64,000 bases of DNA, from assembly GCA_001304015.1 (NCBI GenBank), contig LJUY01000008.1, positions 7,221-71,220 of the forward strand. Reading direction: 5' to 3'. The stretch is from a candidate division Zixibacteria bacterium SM23_81 (GTDB lineage Bacteria > SM23-81). Below the pieces are notes generated by a model. It worked only from the letters and a program-made list of their open reading frames with translations. It was not told the origin of the DNA and searched no databases. This document shows positions 19,872 through 29,252 of this stretch, piece after piece. The position numbers and the translations under genes are program-made. Each line of letters opens with the position of its first letter. Positions within the stretch are counted from its first letter, which is position 1.

Positions 19872-19898
19872 TTCCCGAAAGTTTCAAACTTTCGGGAA
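19872..19898. promoter_or_regulatory. perfect 13-1-13 palindrome ttcccgaaagttt-c-aaactttcgggaa (candidate dimeric-regulator operator or hairpin)
   Basis: Read directly. It sits in the ORF-free 19.1-20.15 kb region. Confidence 0.4.
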
Positions 19899-20151
19899 GT
19901 TACACCTTCATCTGCTCTTCATCTATCAGCACTACCACTTATAAACTCCAAACTCCGCCTAAAAGAGCGGCGGAGGCTGGAGTCTAAGGTATGCCAACTG
20001 GAGCGAGAGGGAAAAATCTCCCTCGTAAGAAGCATTTAAAGATTTAAGGGAGAAAAGTCACAACGTATGCAGGGGCGATTCGCGAACCGTTCCAACAATA
20101 TTACGTAGAAATTGCTTGGGAATTTTAAGGCAAAGCTGTCCCAAAGAAGAC

Positions 20152-20343
20152 CTACCGGATCAGCAATCCCAAGATGAGCAGAATTGCGCCTATGTAGGCC
20201 TTGTGGATGTGAATGCCGAAAGGTCTGATGGTATACTTGGCCGGAATGTGGCCCACGGGGCTGTGATGTCTCCACATCCAGAAGTGTTCGTAGAGATCGG
20301 TTAGGATGAGCAGCATTCCTAGAGCTAGCAGGACCTTTGTCAT
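20152..20343 (-). CDS. small two-TM membrane protein, function unknown
   Basis: 63 aa with two hydrophobic helices (VLLALGMLLILTDL, AYIGAILLILGLLI). It is the last ORF of the minus-strand block. Confidence 0.3.
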   Translation of the reverse strand: MTKVLLALGMLLILTDLYEHFWMWRHHSPVGHIPAKYTIRPFGIHIHKAYIGAILLILGLLIR

Positions 20344-20397
20344 GGCCAGGGCTCAGAGGTTCGGCTAAATGGCTAGGTGTGATTGTCTGTCAAGACG

Positions 20398-20430
20398 AAG
20401 GCCCTCCCGGATCTCAAGAGGGCCTTTTCG
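20398..20430. terminator. hairpin aaggccctc-(11 nt)-gagggcctt + TTTT between rplI and the small membrane ORF
   Basis: 9-bp stem. The T-run is on the plus strand, so its orientation is ambiguous relative to minus-strand rplI. Confidence 0.3.
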
Positions 20431-20567
20431 ACCTTGTAATTCGAAATCGTCACGACATTTCATGCAATAACCACGATTCATTACTAGGGTGGAAGGGAGG
20501 GTCTCGAATCCCGAATACCTAAATCCGGACCCCTGACCCCTGGAAGGGTAGAGGTATGGGGCGGCCC

Positions 20568-21011
20568 CTATTCCTTCACCACCCAGACCTTCACTTTTCC
20601 TTCCACATCGTGGTGGAGCTTGAGGGGAACGGTATAGACGCCCAGAGCCTTAATGGGTTCCTCCAAGAGAATTTTCTTCTTATCGATCTCGTAGCCCTTC
20701 TCTTTCAACAGACCTGAGATGGTCTGAGCCGTGACCGAGCCGAAGACGCGGTCCTCTTCTCCCACTGCCACAGTAGCCGTGATGGAGACCGATTTCAGCT
20801 TTTTGGCTAACTGTTCGGCCAAACGACGATCCTTGTTTTCTCGCACGTCGAGCTGTTTTTTCTCCTCCTGGAAAGCCCTCAAATTGCCTGGTGTGGCCAC
20901 TAAAGCCAGTTTCCGCGGAATAAGGTAATTTCGCGCAAAGCCGTCCTTTACCGTGACGATGTCTCCCCTCTGCCCGAGGCGCTCCACATTTTGCCTGAGA
21001 ATGATCTTCAT
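20568..21011 (-). CDS. rplI: 50S ribosomal protein L9
   Basis: MKIILRQNVERLGQRGDIVTVKDGFARNYLIPRKLA… is the canonical L9 N-terminus. Confidence 0.9.
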   Translation of the reverse strand: MKIILRQNVERLGQRGDIVTVKDGFARNYLIPRKLALVATPGNLRAFQEEKKQLDVRENKDRRLAEQLAKKLKSVSITATVAVGEEDRVFGSVTAQTISGLLKEKGYEIDKKKILLEEPIKALGVYTVPLKLHHDVEGKVKVWVVKE

Positions 21012-21026
21012 GAGGAAGCTCCAGAA

Positions 21027-21269
21027 TCATCGATAAATTTCTGAGGTAAACGGTAATAATGCTAGGTGTCGAGCTCTTTTGATGGCGGTGGTCAGCTGTC
21101 GTTGATGCCGCGCACAGGTTCCCGAGATCCTTCGGGGCACGATTTTTCCTCTCTCGGTCTGAAACCTCTGAAGACGTCTCTCGTCCTTGTAGTCGATCTG
21201 GTCGATTTTGGCCTCACAAAACCGGCAGACCTTCCTCCTTCTCCCTCTGCCCAATCTCGTTGGAGTCAT
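21027..21269 (-). CDS. rpsR: 30S ribosomal protein S18
   Basis: …[19 protein letters not shown]…[27 protein letters not shown]. Confidence 0.9.
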   Translation of the reverse strand: MTPTRLGRGRRRKVCRFCEAKIDQIDYKDERRLQRFQTERGKIVPRRISGTCARHQRQLTTAIKRARHLALLPFTSEIYR

Positions 21270-21313
21270 TCTCGTAACCTCCCTATGACACGTGTGGATC
21301 TCAAACCAAAATT

Positions 21314-21991
21314 TTAATCACTGGATGATTCAGGAGTTTTATCCTCTTCCTTCTTTTTCGTGTCCTTCTCCTGCTCCGCTTCCTCCGAAGGTTCCATTTC
21401 TGCTGCTGTATCGCCAACAGACTCTGCTAGCTGGGCTGGCTTCCTCTTTTCGTCAGCCTCGGCTTGGGAAGGCATCTCCTCGGTTTTTTCAACCGTGGCC
21501 TCTGTTTTTTCGTCTCCCTCAAGAGCCTCCTCGGTTTGCTCCGCTGGCAGCTCAGTTGTCTCAGCCCTCTCCTCGGGGGATTCTTCTGCTTTTTCCTTTT
21601 CGGGGACCGTTTTCTCCTCAGCCCTTTCGGCAGCCGGCTTTGGCGCGGCAGCTGCTTTTGTTGCGGGCCGTGCCTCGACCTTCTCGGCCCGAGCAGCGAT
21701 CTCTTCCGGTGTATGAATGGAGACCACGGTGAGATAACGCAGGCAGGATTCATTCAGCTTGTAGTAACTTTCCAGATGAGCAGGCAGGTTCTTATCGCCT
21801 TTGAAGTACACACAGGTATAATAGCCTTGCTCCTTTTTCCGGATCTCATAAGCAAATTTCTTCATGCCCCAACGATCGACGTGGACTACCTGTCCTTTGT
21901 TGGTGGTGATCAGGTCCACCACTTTCTGAATCTCAGCATCGATGGCATCTGGTGCAGAGCCCAGAATAAAGATGGTTTCATAAAATTCCAT
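21314..21991 (-). CDS. rpsF: 30S ribosomal protein S6 with ~110-aa acidic E/K/A-rich C-terminal extension
   Basis: The N-terminal ~100 aa form the S6 fold ([10 protein letters not shown]…[13 protein letters not shown]…). The remainder is low-complexity and acidic. Confidence 0.85.
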   Translation of the reverse strand: MEFYETIFILGSAPDAIDAEIQKVVDLITTNKGQVVHVDRWGMKKFAYEIRKKEQGYYTCVYFKGDKNLPAHLESYYKLNESCLRYLTVVSIHTPEEIAARAEKVEARPATKAAAAPKPAAERAEEKTVPEKEKAEESPEERAETTELPAEQTEEALEGDEKTEATVEKTEEMPSQAEADEKRKPAQLAESVGDTAAEMEPSEEAEQEKDTKKKEEDKTPESSSD

Positions 21992-22131
21992 GGCGTCGCA
22001 ACCTCCCTTTGGACGTCAGACGAACGGCCCCAGCTCGTGGCTGGAGCAGGGATTGTTTTGGCGCACGCCTCATGGCGCACACCGTGCTATTCTCATTTGC
22101 GGTGACCTAGCTCTTTAACCCTCAGCGGTGG

Positions 22132-23226
22132 TCATCCCGTGTGAAACTTCACCGTCAGTACATCGCCGTCCTGGACGACGTAATCTTTGCCCTCAACTGC
22201 CCAGTGCCCGTGTTCGCGAGCGGCATGTTCGCTTCCGTACTTCTCCAGATCTTCGAATTTTATCACCTCTGCCTTGATGAATCCCTTTTCCATGTCGGAG
22301 TGAACCTTACCAGCTGCTGTTGGAGCTTTTTGACCACGGCTTAAGGTCCAGGCACGGACCTCGTTTTCACCAGCGATGGTGTAGAAGGTAATCAAGTCCA
22401 GCAGTCGGTAGCCCACTTTGATGACCTTCGCTAGGCTGGATTCTGTGACACTGTAGCTCAGTAGAAATTCCTTGGCCTCCTCGGGAGAGAGATCTGTCAG
22501 CTCGCTTTCCAGCTTTGAGGAGACGTTAACCACTTCACTGTGGACGGCAGCGGCGTGTTCGGCCACCGCTCGGGAGTAATCATTGCCGTCGGTGATGGCT
22601 TGCTCGTCGATGTTGGCCACATAAAGCTGGGGTTTGATGGTCAGCAGGGGGGTATCGGTGATATGCTCTAGATCACTCTGCTTGAGCGACAGGCTTTGGG
22701 CTGCTTTTCCGCCCTCCAGGGTTTCTTTAATACGCCCTAGCAATTCTCCTTCCTTTTCAGCCTCGGCTGTCCCGGCTCTGCTCAGCTTTTGCATCTTGGA
22801 CAGACGGCGCTCAACCATCTCCAGGTCGGCCAACATCAGCTCCGTCTCCACCACCTCGATGTCACGAAGAGGATTGATGGTGGCATCCACGTGGGCGACG
22901 TTTTGATCTTCGAAGCAGCGCACTACATGAACGATGGCATCAACGTTTCGGATGTGGCTCAGGAACTGATTGCCCAGACCCTCCCCATGACTCGCGCCTT
23001 TGACCAATCCGGCGATGTCCACGAAATCGATGTGCGTAGGAGTCAGCTTCGGTGGTCGAAGGATTTCGCCAAGCTTCTTCAGCCGCTCGTCGGGGACGAT
23101 GGCCACCCCCACGTTCTGGTCTATAGTGCAAAAGGGGTAGTTGCTGGCCGGGGCGTGTCCCCCAGTCAGAGCGTTGAACAGCGTGGACTTGCCTACATTG
23201 GGCAGGCCGATAATCCCCAACTTCAT
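22132..23226 (-). CDS. ychF: ribosome-binding ATPase YchF
   Basis: [21 protein letters not shown]… with a G-domain plus a C-terminal TGS domain. Confidence 0.9.
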   Translation of the reverse strand: MKLGIIGLPNVGKSTLFNALTGGHAPASNYPFCTIDQNVGVAIVPDERLKKLGEILRPPKLTPTHIDFVDIAGLVKGASHGEGLGNQFLSHIRNVDAIVHVVRCFEDQNVAHVDATINPLRDIEVVETELMLADLEMVERRLSKMQKLSRAGTAEAEKEGELLGRIKETLEGGKAAQSLSLKQSDLEHITDTPLLTIKPQLYVANIDEQAITDGNDYSRAVAEHAAAVHSEVVNVSSKLESELTDLSPEEAKEFLLSYSVTESSLAKVIKVGYRLLDLITFYTIAGENEVRAWTLSRGQKAPTAAGKVHSDMEKGFIKAEVIKFEDLEKYGSEHAAREHGHWAVEGKDYVVQDGDVLTVKFHTG

Positions 23227-23277
23227 GGGAATACCGCTTGTTAGAGACCAAATGTCAAGGTCGTCGAGGAAATCCTT

Positions 23278-25317
23278 TTATCGAATGAAAAGGGGTGCCA
23301 GGACCAGAGAGATGACCGTCATCAGCTTGATCAGGATGTTAATGGAGGGCCCCACCGTATCCTTCAGGGGATCGCCGACGGTATCTCCCACCACAGCCGC
23401 CTTATGAGTGTCGGATCCCTTGCCGCCCAAGTTCCCCTCTTCGATGTATTTTTTGGCGTTGTCCAGAGCCCCGCCGCTGTTGGCCGTTTGAATGCCCAGC
23501 ATCACCCCGGTGACGATGGCTCCCACCAAAACGCCGCTGAGGGCCACGGGCCCCAGGGTGAAGCCAACCACCACCGGAACCAGAACGGCCATCAGGCCCG
23601 GGAGCATCATGCCTCGCAAAGCCCCCGCGGTGCTGATGTCCACGCACTTGGTGGAATCGGGCATGGCTTTTCCCTCCATCAGCCCTGGGATTTCTTTGAA
23701 CTGCCTGCGCACCTCTGCGATGAGCCGGAAGGCCGATTGGCCCACTGCTCTGAACAGCATGGAGGAGAAGAGGAAAGGTAGCATGCCCCCGATGAGGAGA
23801 CCAGCCATCACCTTCGGCTCCGTGAGGGAGAGTCTGGCAGGCTGCACCAGGGAGGTCTTCATGTAGGCCGAGAGAAGGCCGATGGCGGCGAAAGCCGCCG
23901 AGCCAATGGCAAAGCCCTTGCCGATGGCCGCTGTGGTGTTGCCCACTGCGTCCAAGTGATCGGTGATCTTGCGAACCTCGGAGGGCAGCTTGGCCATCTC
24001 CGCGATGCCGCCAGCGTTATCGGCGATTGGACCGTATGAGTCTACGGCCACCACCATGCCTGTAGTGGCCAGCATTCCCACTGCAGCCATGGCCACCCCG
24101 TACATGCCGGCCAGATGGTGTGAGACCAGAACGGCCGCGGCCAGCACCAGAATGGGCAGGGCGGTGCTCCGCATGCCCAAGGCCAGCCCGCCAGTGACGG
24201 TGACTGCTGGTCCGGTTTCAGCGCTCTGAGCCAGGGCGCGGACGGGGCGATATTTTGCTGAGGTGAAGTACTCACTGGTCAAGCCGACAAAGATGCCGGA
24301 AATCAGCCCGGCCAAGATGGCCCAGAAGGGCCCCAGTTTGCCATGGCCGGCGAACTCGATGCCCAGACGGTTGATGATTAAGAATGAGGCCAAGGCGGTC
24401 AAAACCGCGCTGACATAAGTGCCCCCCATAAGTGCCGATTGGGGATTGGATCGACCGATAACTCTGACGAAGGCCACCCCCAGGATGGAAGCGATGACGC
24501 CTGCGCTGGCCACGTAGATGGGCAAAAAGATGAGCGTTTGGGAGATCAGGGCGGCGTTCGGTGTCGCCAAGGTGGCAAAGGTGGCCGCGATGGCCATGGA
24601 GGCGATGATGGATTCCACGTATGACTCCAGAAGATCGGAACCCAATCCAGCCACGTCTCCCACGTTGTCGCCCACATTATCTGCGATCACCGCTGGGTTG
24701 CGAGGATCGTCCTCCGGGATCCCGGCCTCCACCTTTCCCACCAGGTCAGCCCCCATGTCAGCCCCCTTGGTGTAGATTCCGCCCCCAGAACGAGCGAACA
24801 GGGCCATAAGGCTAGCGCCCATAGCGTAACCGTTAATGATCACGGCTTTATCAGGGGTGATGCCCGCTGGGGCGAAAACCGAGATGACAGCCACTAAACC
24901 CAGAAGAGCTAATCCTACCACGCTGAGTCCCATCACCGCCCCGCCGGAGACGGCCACCGCCAGCGCTTTGCTCAAACCGCTTTGAGCGGCGTTGGTAGTG
25001 CGGGCGTTGGATTGGGTGGCGATGCGCATTCCTATATACCCAGCCAGAGCGGAGACCAGGGCGCCAAAGGCAAAGCTAATCCCCGTGTTCCAACCTAAAT
25101 TAGTGAAGGAGATGGCCACGGCTATGACCACCACCACCAGAAAAACGGTCTTATACTCCCGAAACAGAAAGGCCTTTGCTCCATCCTGGATGGCTCGAGA
25201 GAGGGCCTTCATTTTGTCGGTGCCCTGGTTTTTCCGCAAGGTCCAGATGGCCAGATAGAGCACGAAGATCATGGCTGCAAGCCCAGCCACCAAAGGTATC
25301 CAGAGACCTTTGGTCAT
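23278..25317 (-). CDS. hppA: membrane-bound proton (or Na+)-translocating pyrophosphatase, K+-dependent-type signature
   Basis: H+-PPase motifs ([22 protein letters not shown]-like, [10 protein letters not shown]). The probable true start is the ATG at 25317, preceded by AGGAGG. The track ORF start at 25434 would overlap pth. Confidence 0.85.
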   Translation of the reverse strand: MTKGLWIPLVAGLAAMIFVLYLAIWTLRKNQGTDKMKALSRAIQDGAKAFLFREYKTVFLVVVVIAVAISFTNLGWNTGISFAFGALVSALAGYIGMRIATQSNARTTNAAQSGLSKALAVAVSGGAVMGLSVVGLALLGLVAVISVFAPAGITPDKAVIINGYAMGASLMALFARSGGGIYTKGADMGADLVGKVEAGIPEDDPRNPAVIADNVGDNVGDVAGLGSDLLESYVESIIASMAIAATFATLATPNAALISQTLIFLPIYVASAGVIASILGVAFVRVIGRSNPQSALMGGTYVSAVLTALASFLIINRLGIEFAGHGKLGPFWAILAGLISGIFVGLTSEYFTSAKYRPVRALAQSAETGPAVTVTGGLALGMRSTALPILVLAAAVLVSHHLAGMYGVAMAAVGMLATTGMVVAVDSYGPIADNAGGIAEMAKLPSEVRKITDHLDAVGNTTAAIGKGFAIGSAAFAAIGLLSAYMKTSLVQPARLSLTEPKVMAGLLIGGMLPFLFSSMLFRAVGQSAFRLIAEVRRQFKEIPGLMEGKAMPDSTKCVDISTAGALRGMMLPGLMAVLVPVVVGFTLGPVALSGVLVGAIVTGVMLGIQTANSGGALDNAKKYIEEGNLGGKGSDTHKAAVVGDTVGDPLKDTVGPSINILIKLMTVISLVLAPLFIR

Positions 25318-25382
25318 ACGCGCCTCCTGAGGTGTGTTTTTTTCCGTTAACGGCGCCAACAGGTCTTGGTTGTCACGCAGTG

Positions 25383-25931
25383 TCAGGCGTTGAATCTGTT
25401 CATGGCAACCTCTATGCCATGCTGAAAAAAACAAATGGCCGCCTCAGCCGCCAACGTGATCATCTCGGTCACCATTTTCTTCTCTTCGGGTTCAAAATCG
25501 GCCAGAACAAAAGCGACCATATCTTGATTCATTGGCAGGGGGCCGATGCCCATTCTCAGACGGGGAAATTCTTCACAGGCCAAGTAAGCAATGATCGACT
25601 CCAATCCTCGGTGGCCGCCCTCAGATCCGCTCCGTCGAAGGCGAATCTTCCCCAAGGGCAAATTCGTATCATCACAGATAACGAGCAGCTTGCTAAGCTC
25701 TATCTGATAGTATTCTAATAGTTGGCTAGCTGCCCGTCCACTCTCGTTCATATAGGTGAGGGGCTTTACCAGGGCGATACTGACTTCATCCAGGAAACCC
25801 TGCCCGATGAGATAGAGATCCTCATGAGGTTGAAAGGAGATATGCAACCGCTCGCCCAGAAGATCCAGGACTCGAAATCCCAAGTTATGTCGGGTGAAGG
25901 TGTATTTCTCTCCCGGATTGCCCAGGCCCAT
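25383..25931 (-). CDS. pth: peptidyl-tRNA hydrolase
   Basis: …MGLGNPGEKYTFTRHNLGFRV… Start is either the ATG at 25931 or the TTG at 25943 immediately after the rplY stop. The R/K-rich N-extension in the track ORF is read-through of antisense rplY. Confidence 0.8.
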   Translation of the reverse strand: MGLGNPGEKYTFTRHNLGFRVLDLLGERLHISFQPHEDLYLIGQGFLDEVSIALVKPLTYMNESGRAASQLLEYYQIELSKLLVICDDTNLPLGKIRLRRSGSEGGHRGLESIIAYLACEEFPRLRMGIGPLPMNQDMVAFVLADFEPEEKKMVTEMITLAAEAAICFFQHGIEVAMNRFNA

Positions 25932-25944
25932 TGTGAGCTGCAAT

Positions 25945-26643
25945 TTATTTCTGTTCCTCCTCTTTTTTCTCTTCTTCTTCTTGCTCCTCCTCCTTTTCCT
26001 TACGTTCCTTCTCGACCAGTTCTGGTTCCTCCACCGCTTCCTCCTCAGCAAGCACCTCTTCCTCCTCAACGGGAACCTTGATCACGGTGGGAGGAACGAC
26101 AGTGGCCACTGAGCGCTGGGATTCGGTGAGGATCTTCACTTTCTCCACGGGCAGGTCTTGTATATGAATGGAATCGCCCACGTCCAATTCGGTGACATCT
26201 ACCTCAATATGCTCGGGGATATCCGCGGGAAGACATTCGATCTCCACTTCGTGGAGGATGTGTTGGAGGATGCCGCCTTTGGTCCTGACTCCAAGGGGGG
26301 ATCCGATGAGAACCACCGGAATCCGAACGGTGATTTTCTCCTTCATGGAGATGTGCTGAAGATCCAGGTGGAGAATATCGCCTCGCACCGGATCATGCTG
26401 AACCTCGCGGATAATGGCCTTCACGGCCTTCTTGTGCCCGGGCACTTTGATGTCGAAAATGACGCTTTCGCCAATATGTGCGTGTAAGATGGCGTGTAGG
26501 TTTTTGGCGTCTAAGGTCAAAGGGACGGACTCCTCTCCACGTCCGTATAAGACGGCTGGGATTTTCCCCTCAGCACGAAGTTTCTTTGCCGGCCCTTTTC
26601 CCCTCGACTCCCGCTTCTCTACTTCCAACGTGACTTCTGCCAT
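25945..26643 (-). CDS. rplY: 50S ribosomal protein L25 / general stress protein Ctc, with acidic C-terminal tail
   Basis: MAEVTLEVEKRESRGKGPAKKLRAEGKIPAVLYG… plus a C-terminal EEEEVLAEEEAVEEPELVEKERKEKEEEQEEEEKKEEEQK. Confidence 0.85.
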   Translation of the reverse strand: MAEVTLEVEKRESRGKGPAKKLRAEGKIPAVLYGRGEESVPLTLDAKNLHAILHAHIGESVIFDIKVPGHKKAVKAIIREVQHDPVRGDILHLDLQHISMKEKITVRIPVVLIGSPLGVRTKGGILQHILHEVEIECLPADIPEHIEVDVTELDVGDSIHIQDLPVEKVKILTESQRSVATVVPPTVIKVPVEEEEVLAEEEAVEEPELVEKERKEKEEEQEEEEKKEEEQK

Positions 26644-26676
26644 CTTGAAATCCTCCTGCCTGCAAGGGATGGGCCT

Positions 26677-27612
26677 CTAATCGAAAAGCGAGCTCACGGA
26701 TTCCTCTCGATGTATGCGATCTATAGCCTCTCCAAAGAGCTCTGCCACCGAGACGACTTCAAATTTACCGTTTAGAGCGTCTTCCCGGAGCGGGATGGTG
26801 TCGGTAACGACGACCTGGGTGAGGGAGGAGTCAGTCACATTTTTAATGGCCTCGCCGGAGAGCACAGGATGGGTGCAGTAGGCGAAAATTTCCCTGGCTC
26901 CCCTCTGGTCAAGAGCCATCGCTCCCTTGGCCAGGGTGCTGGCGGTACTGATCATGTCGTCCTGAATAACGACGTTGTGGCCAGCCACCTCGCCGACGAC
27001 GTGCATCACCATGGTTTTGTCCTTTTCGAATCGGCGTTTGTCGATGAAGGCCAGGGAGGTCTTCAGTTTTTGAGCAAAATATCGAGTCATGGGGATGCTG
27101 CCAGGATCGGGGGCTACCAGGGTTAGATCTGAGAGATTGCGCCGCTGGATGTGTCTGATAAACACAGGGGCTGCGAACAGATGGTCCAGGGGAATATCGA
27201 AAAAGCCCTGAATCTGAGCGGCATGCAGGTCCATGGTTAACACTCGGTTGGCTCCAGAGACCGAGAGAAGGTCGGCCACAAGCTTAGCGGTGATGGGCAC
27301 TCGAGGCTGATCTTTTCTGTCTTGGCGAGCATATCCAAAGTACGGGATGACCGCTGTAATCCTACGGGCTGAGGCACGTTTGGCCGCATCCAGCATAATC
27401 AGAAGCTCCAGCAAGTGCTCGGCGGGGGCGTGGGTGGACTGAATGATGAAGATATCCGTGCCCCGTACGTTTTCCTCGATTTTCACAGAGATCTCTCCGT
27501 CGGAAAACCGAGATACATCGGCTCGAGAGAGGGGCACCTTGAGATAGGCGCTGATTCTCTCTGCCAGTGGGCGGTTGGAATTGCCGCAGAATAGTTTCAG
27601 CTCATCCTTCAT
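26677..27612 (-). CDS. prs: ribose-phosphate pyrophosphokinase
   Basis: MKDELKLFCGNSNRPLAERI… Contains the divalent cation-binding site (MDLHAAQIQGFF) and the C-terminal PRPP-binding site (VVIQDDMISTASTL). Confidence 0.9.
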   Translation of the reverse strand: MKDELKLFCGNSNRPLAERISAYLKVPLSRADVSRFSDGEISVKIEENVRGTDIFIIQSTHAPAEHLLELLIMLDAAKRASARRITAVIPYFGYARQDRKDQPRVPITAKLVADLLSVSGANRVLTMDLHAAQIQGFFDIPLDHLFAAPVFIRHIQRRNLSDLTLVAPDPGSIPMTRYFAQKLKTSLAFIDKRRFEKDKTMVMHVVGEVAGHNVVIQDDMISTASTLAKGAMALDQRGAREIFAYCTHPVLSGEAIKNVTDSSLTQVVVTDTIPLREDALNGKFEVVSVAELFGEAIDRIHREESVSSLFD

Positions 27613-27752
27613 GGGATGTCTCCAATAAAGGTCCACCCAGCTCAGCACTGGGTGGAATTGTCTCGCACCTCTTCTCTCAGCGAGGGGATTTTCAACTGTA
27701 GACTGCGGCTCAGAATCTCAGCCAGTGATCTCTCTTTTTCCCCATCCCTACG

Positions 27753-27826
27753 TGGCTGGGGCGGGAGGATTCGAACCTCCGATGCAGGATCCAAAGTCCT
27801 GAGTCTTACCACTTGACGACGCCCCA
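27753..27826 (-). tRNA. tRNA-Gln (anticodon UUG)
   Basis: The reverse complement reads TGGGGCGTCGTCAAGTGGTAAGACTCAGGACTTTGGATCCTGCATCGGAGGTTCGAATCCTCCCGCCCCAGCCA. It has a 7-bp acceptor stem, a T-loop TTCGAATCC, an anticodon loop CTTTGGA and an encoded CCA, and is close to E. coli tRNA-Gln. Confidence 0.8.
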
Positions 27827-27831
27827 ACTCC

Positions 27832-28236
27832 TCACGTCTCCTTTTTGGGCTCCAGTCCCTCTTCCTCTGCTTCCTCTTCTAGAGCTTCCTCCGTTGTCTC
27901 CTCTGGGGCTTCTTCTTCGGCTTCCTCAACGGTCTCCTCTGGTTCCTTAGTCGGCGCAGCCTTATCCTGAAGAGAGGCGCTGGCTTGCCGCTCGTTTTCA
28001 TAGGCGCCGAGCACGGCGTCCTCAATCATTCGTCTCATCTCATTGTTGATGGGATGAGCGATGTCTTGATAGGTGCCGTCCGGCCGTTTTCTGCTGGGCA
28101 TGGAAACGAAGTAACCATTGGTACCATTGATAACTTTTAATCCGCGCACCACAAAGGCGTCGTCAAACGTCACATTGGCGAAGGCCTTCAGTTTCTCTTC
28201 GTCTCTCAGTGTGATTCTAACCTCGGTGATCTCCAC
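27832..28236 (-). CDS. spoVG: SpoVG family protein with acidic C-terminal extension
   Basis: MEITEVRITLRDEEKLKAFANVTFDDAFVVRGLKVINGTNGYFVSMPSRKRPDGTYQDIAHPIN… plus an E-rich tail. Confidence 0.75.
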   Translation of the reverse strand: MEITEVRITLRDEEKLKAFANVTFDDAFVVRGLKVINGTNGYFVSMPSRKRPDGTYQDIAHPINNEMRRMIEDAVLGAYENERQASASLQDKAAPTKEPEETVEEAEEEAPEETTEEALEEEAEEEGLEPKKET

Positions 28237-28328
28237 TCTAGGTCCTCCTTTACAAAATGATGTGGTGAAACGCCCCTGAAAAGCATGTGCTCGCTTTTGC
28301 TCGAGAGCACCGATTTTCGATGATCAAG

Positions 28329-29201
28329 TTACCCCAGACCTTCACACCTCCTTACAGGCCGAACGACGAAAATTTGCCATTTGGGACGACTCATGCCCTC
28401 GGCCAACCTCTCAGCGGCCATTTTGGTTTTCACCAAACCGAACACCGCCGAGCCGCTCCCCGACATAGTCGCCCCCATGGCGCCCTTTGATAAAAGCTCA
28501 GCTTTAATATTGGCAATGGAGGGATAAACTTCCCCTACTGCCTTTTCCAAGTCGTTGTCCAAGAAACTGAGGAGCTGCTCTAAGTTTGATATTTCTTGTA
28601 AGCCTTCTAATTTAACATCTAAAGAATTTGATGTCAAGGGAATTTTGACTTGTCGATACGCCCATTCCGTGGCGATGGAGAGCTCGGGTTTGATCAAAAC
28701 CATCCAAAAATCTGGAATGAGTCGCAGGGGAATCAGCTGCTCTCCTCGTCCTCTTGCCAGGGCTGTTCCGCCTTGTATGAAGAAGGGCACATCCGATCCC
28801 AATTTTGCCGACAGGGACAAGATCCTCTTGGTGGGAAGTTTCAACTTCCACAAGCTATTGAGTCCCAACAATGTAGTCGCAGCGTTGCTGCTGCCACCTC
28901 CGAGTCCTGCGCCGGGCGGAATTCTCTTGTTGATCTCAATGCGGCAACCTCGCCGAACCTCGCACTCCTCTTGGAGCAATTGAGCAGCCTTATAGGCCAG
29001 GTTCTCTGGACCTGATGGCACGTCCTGATGGTCGCACTGAAGCAGGATCTTCCCGTCCTGGACAGGCGATATAGTTACTGTATCCCGAAGATCGATGGTC
29101 TGCAGAACTGTCTCGATGTCGTGGAACCCATCGGACCGTTTACGCAGAATGCGCAGCCCGAAATTTACCTTTGCATAGGATATGAAAGAAGAAGTTTCCA
29201 C
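28329..29201 (-). CDS. ispE: 4-diphosphocytidyl-2-C-methyl-D-erythritol kinase
   Basis: GHMP kinase motif PPGAGLGGGSSNAATTL and an N-terminus AKVNFGLRILRKRSDGFHDIETV. Confidence 0.85.
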   Translation of the reverse strand: METSSFISYAKVNFGLRILRKRSDGFHDIETVLQTIDLRDTVTISPVQDGKILLQCDHQDVPSGPENLAYKAAQLLQEECEVRRGCRIEINKRIPPGAGLGGGSSNAATTLLGLNSLWKLKLPTKRILSLSAKLGSDVPFFIQGGTALARGRGEQLIPLRLIPDFWMVLIKPELSIATEWAYRQVKIPLTSNSLDVKLEGLQEISNLEQLLSFLDNDLEKAVGEVYPSIANIKAELLSKGAMGATMSGSGSAVFGLVKTKMAAERLAEGMSRPKWQIFVVRPVRRCEGLG

Positions 29202-29252
29202 GGGGGGCCTTGCGGTGGCTTCGAGAAAGAGAGCTTTTCGTAATGTGGGGGC

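Noticed and set aside
20440-20567. Possible tRNA-like or tmRNA-like element (gggtctcgaatccc, ggggcggcccc) between rplI and the hairpin.
   Set aside because: It has no canonical T-loop GTTCGAATC preceded by a 5-bp stem and no acceptor-stem complementarity. It is more likely a 3' UTR with a short GC palindrome.
25383-26069. The long Arg/Lys-rich N-terminal extension on the pth ORF looked like a nucleic-acid-binding tail.
   Set aside because: It is the antisense reading of the rplY acidic-tail codons (GAA/GAG repeats read as Lys/Arg codons on the other strand). Pth homology starts at MGLGNPG, immediately after the rplY stop.
27642-27827. A 61-aa ORF on the minus strand.
   Set aside because: It completely overlaps the well-formed tRNA-Gln(UUG) gene, so it is spurious.
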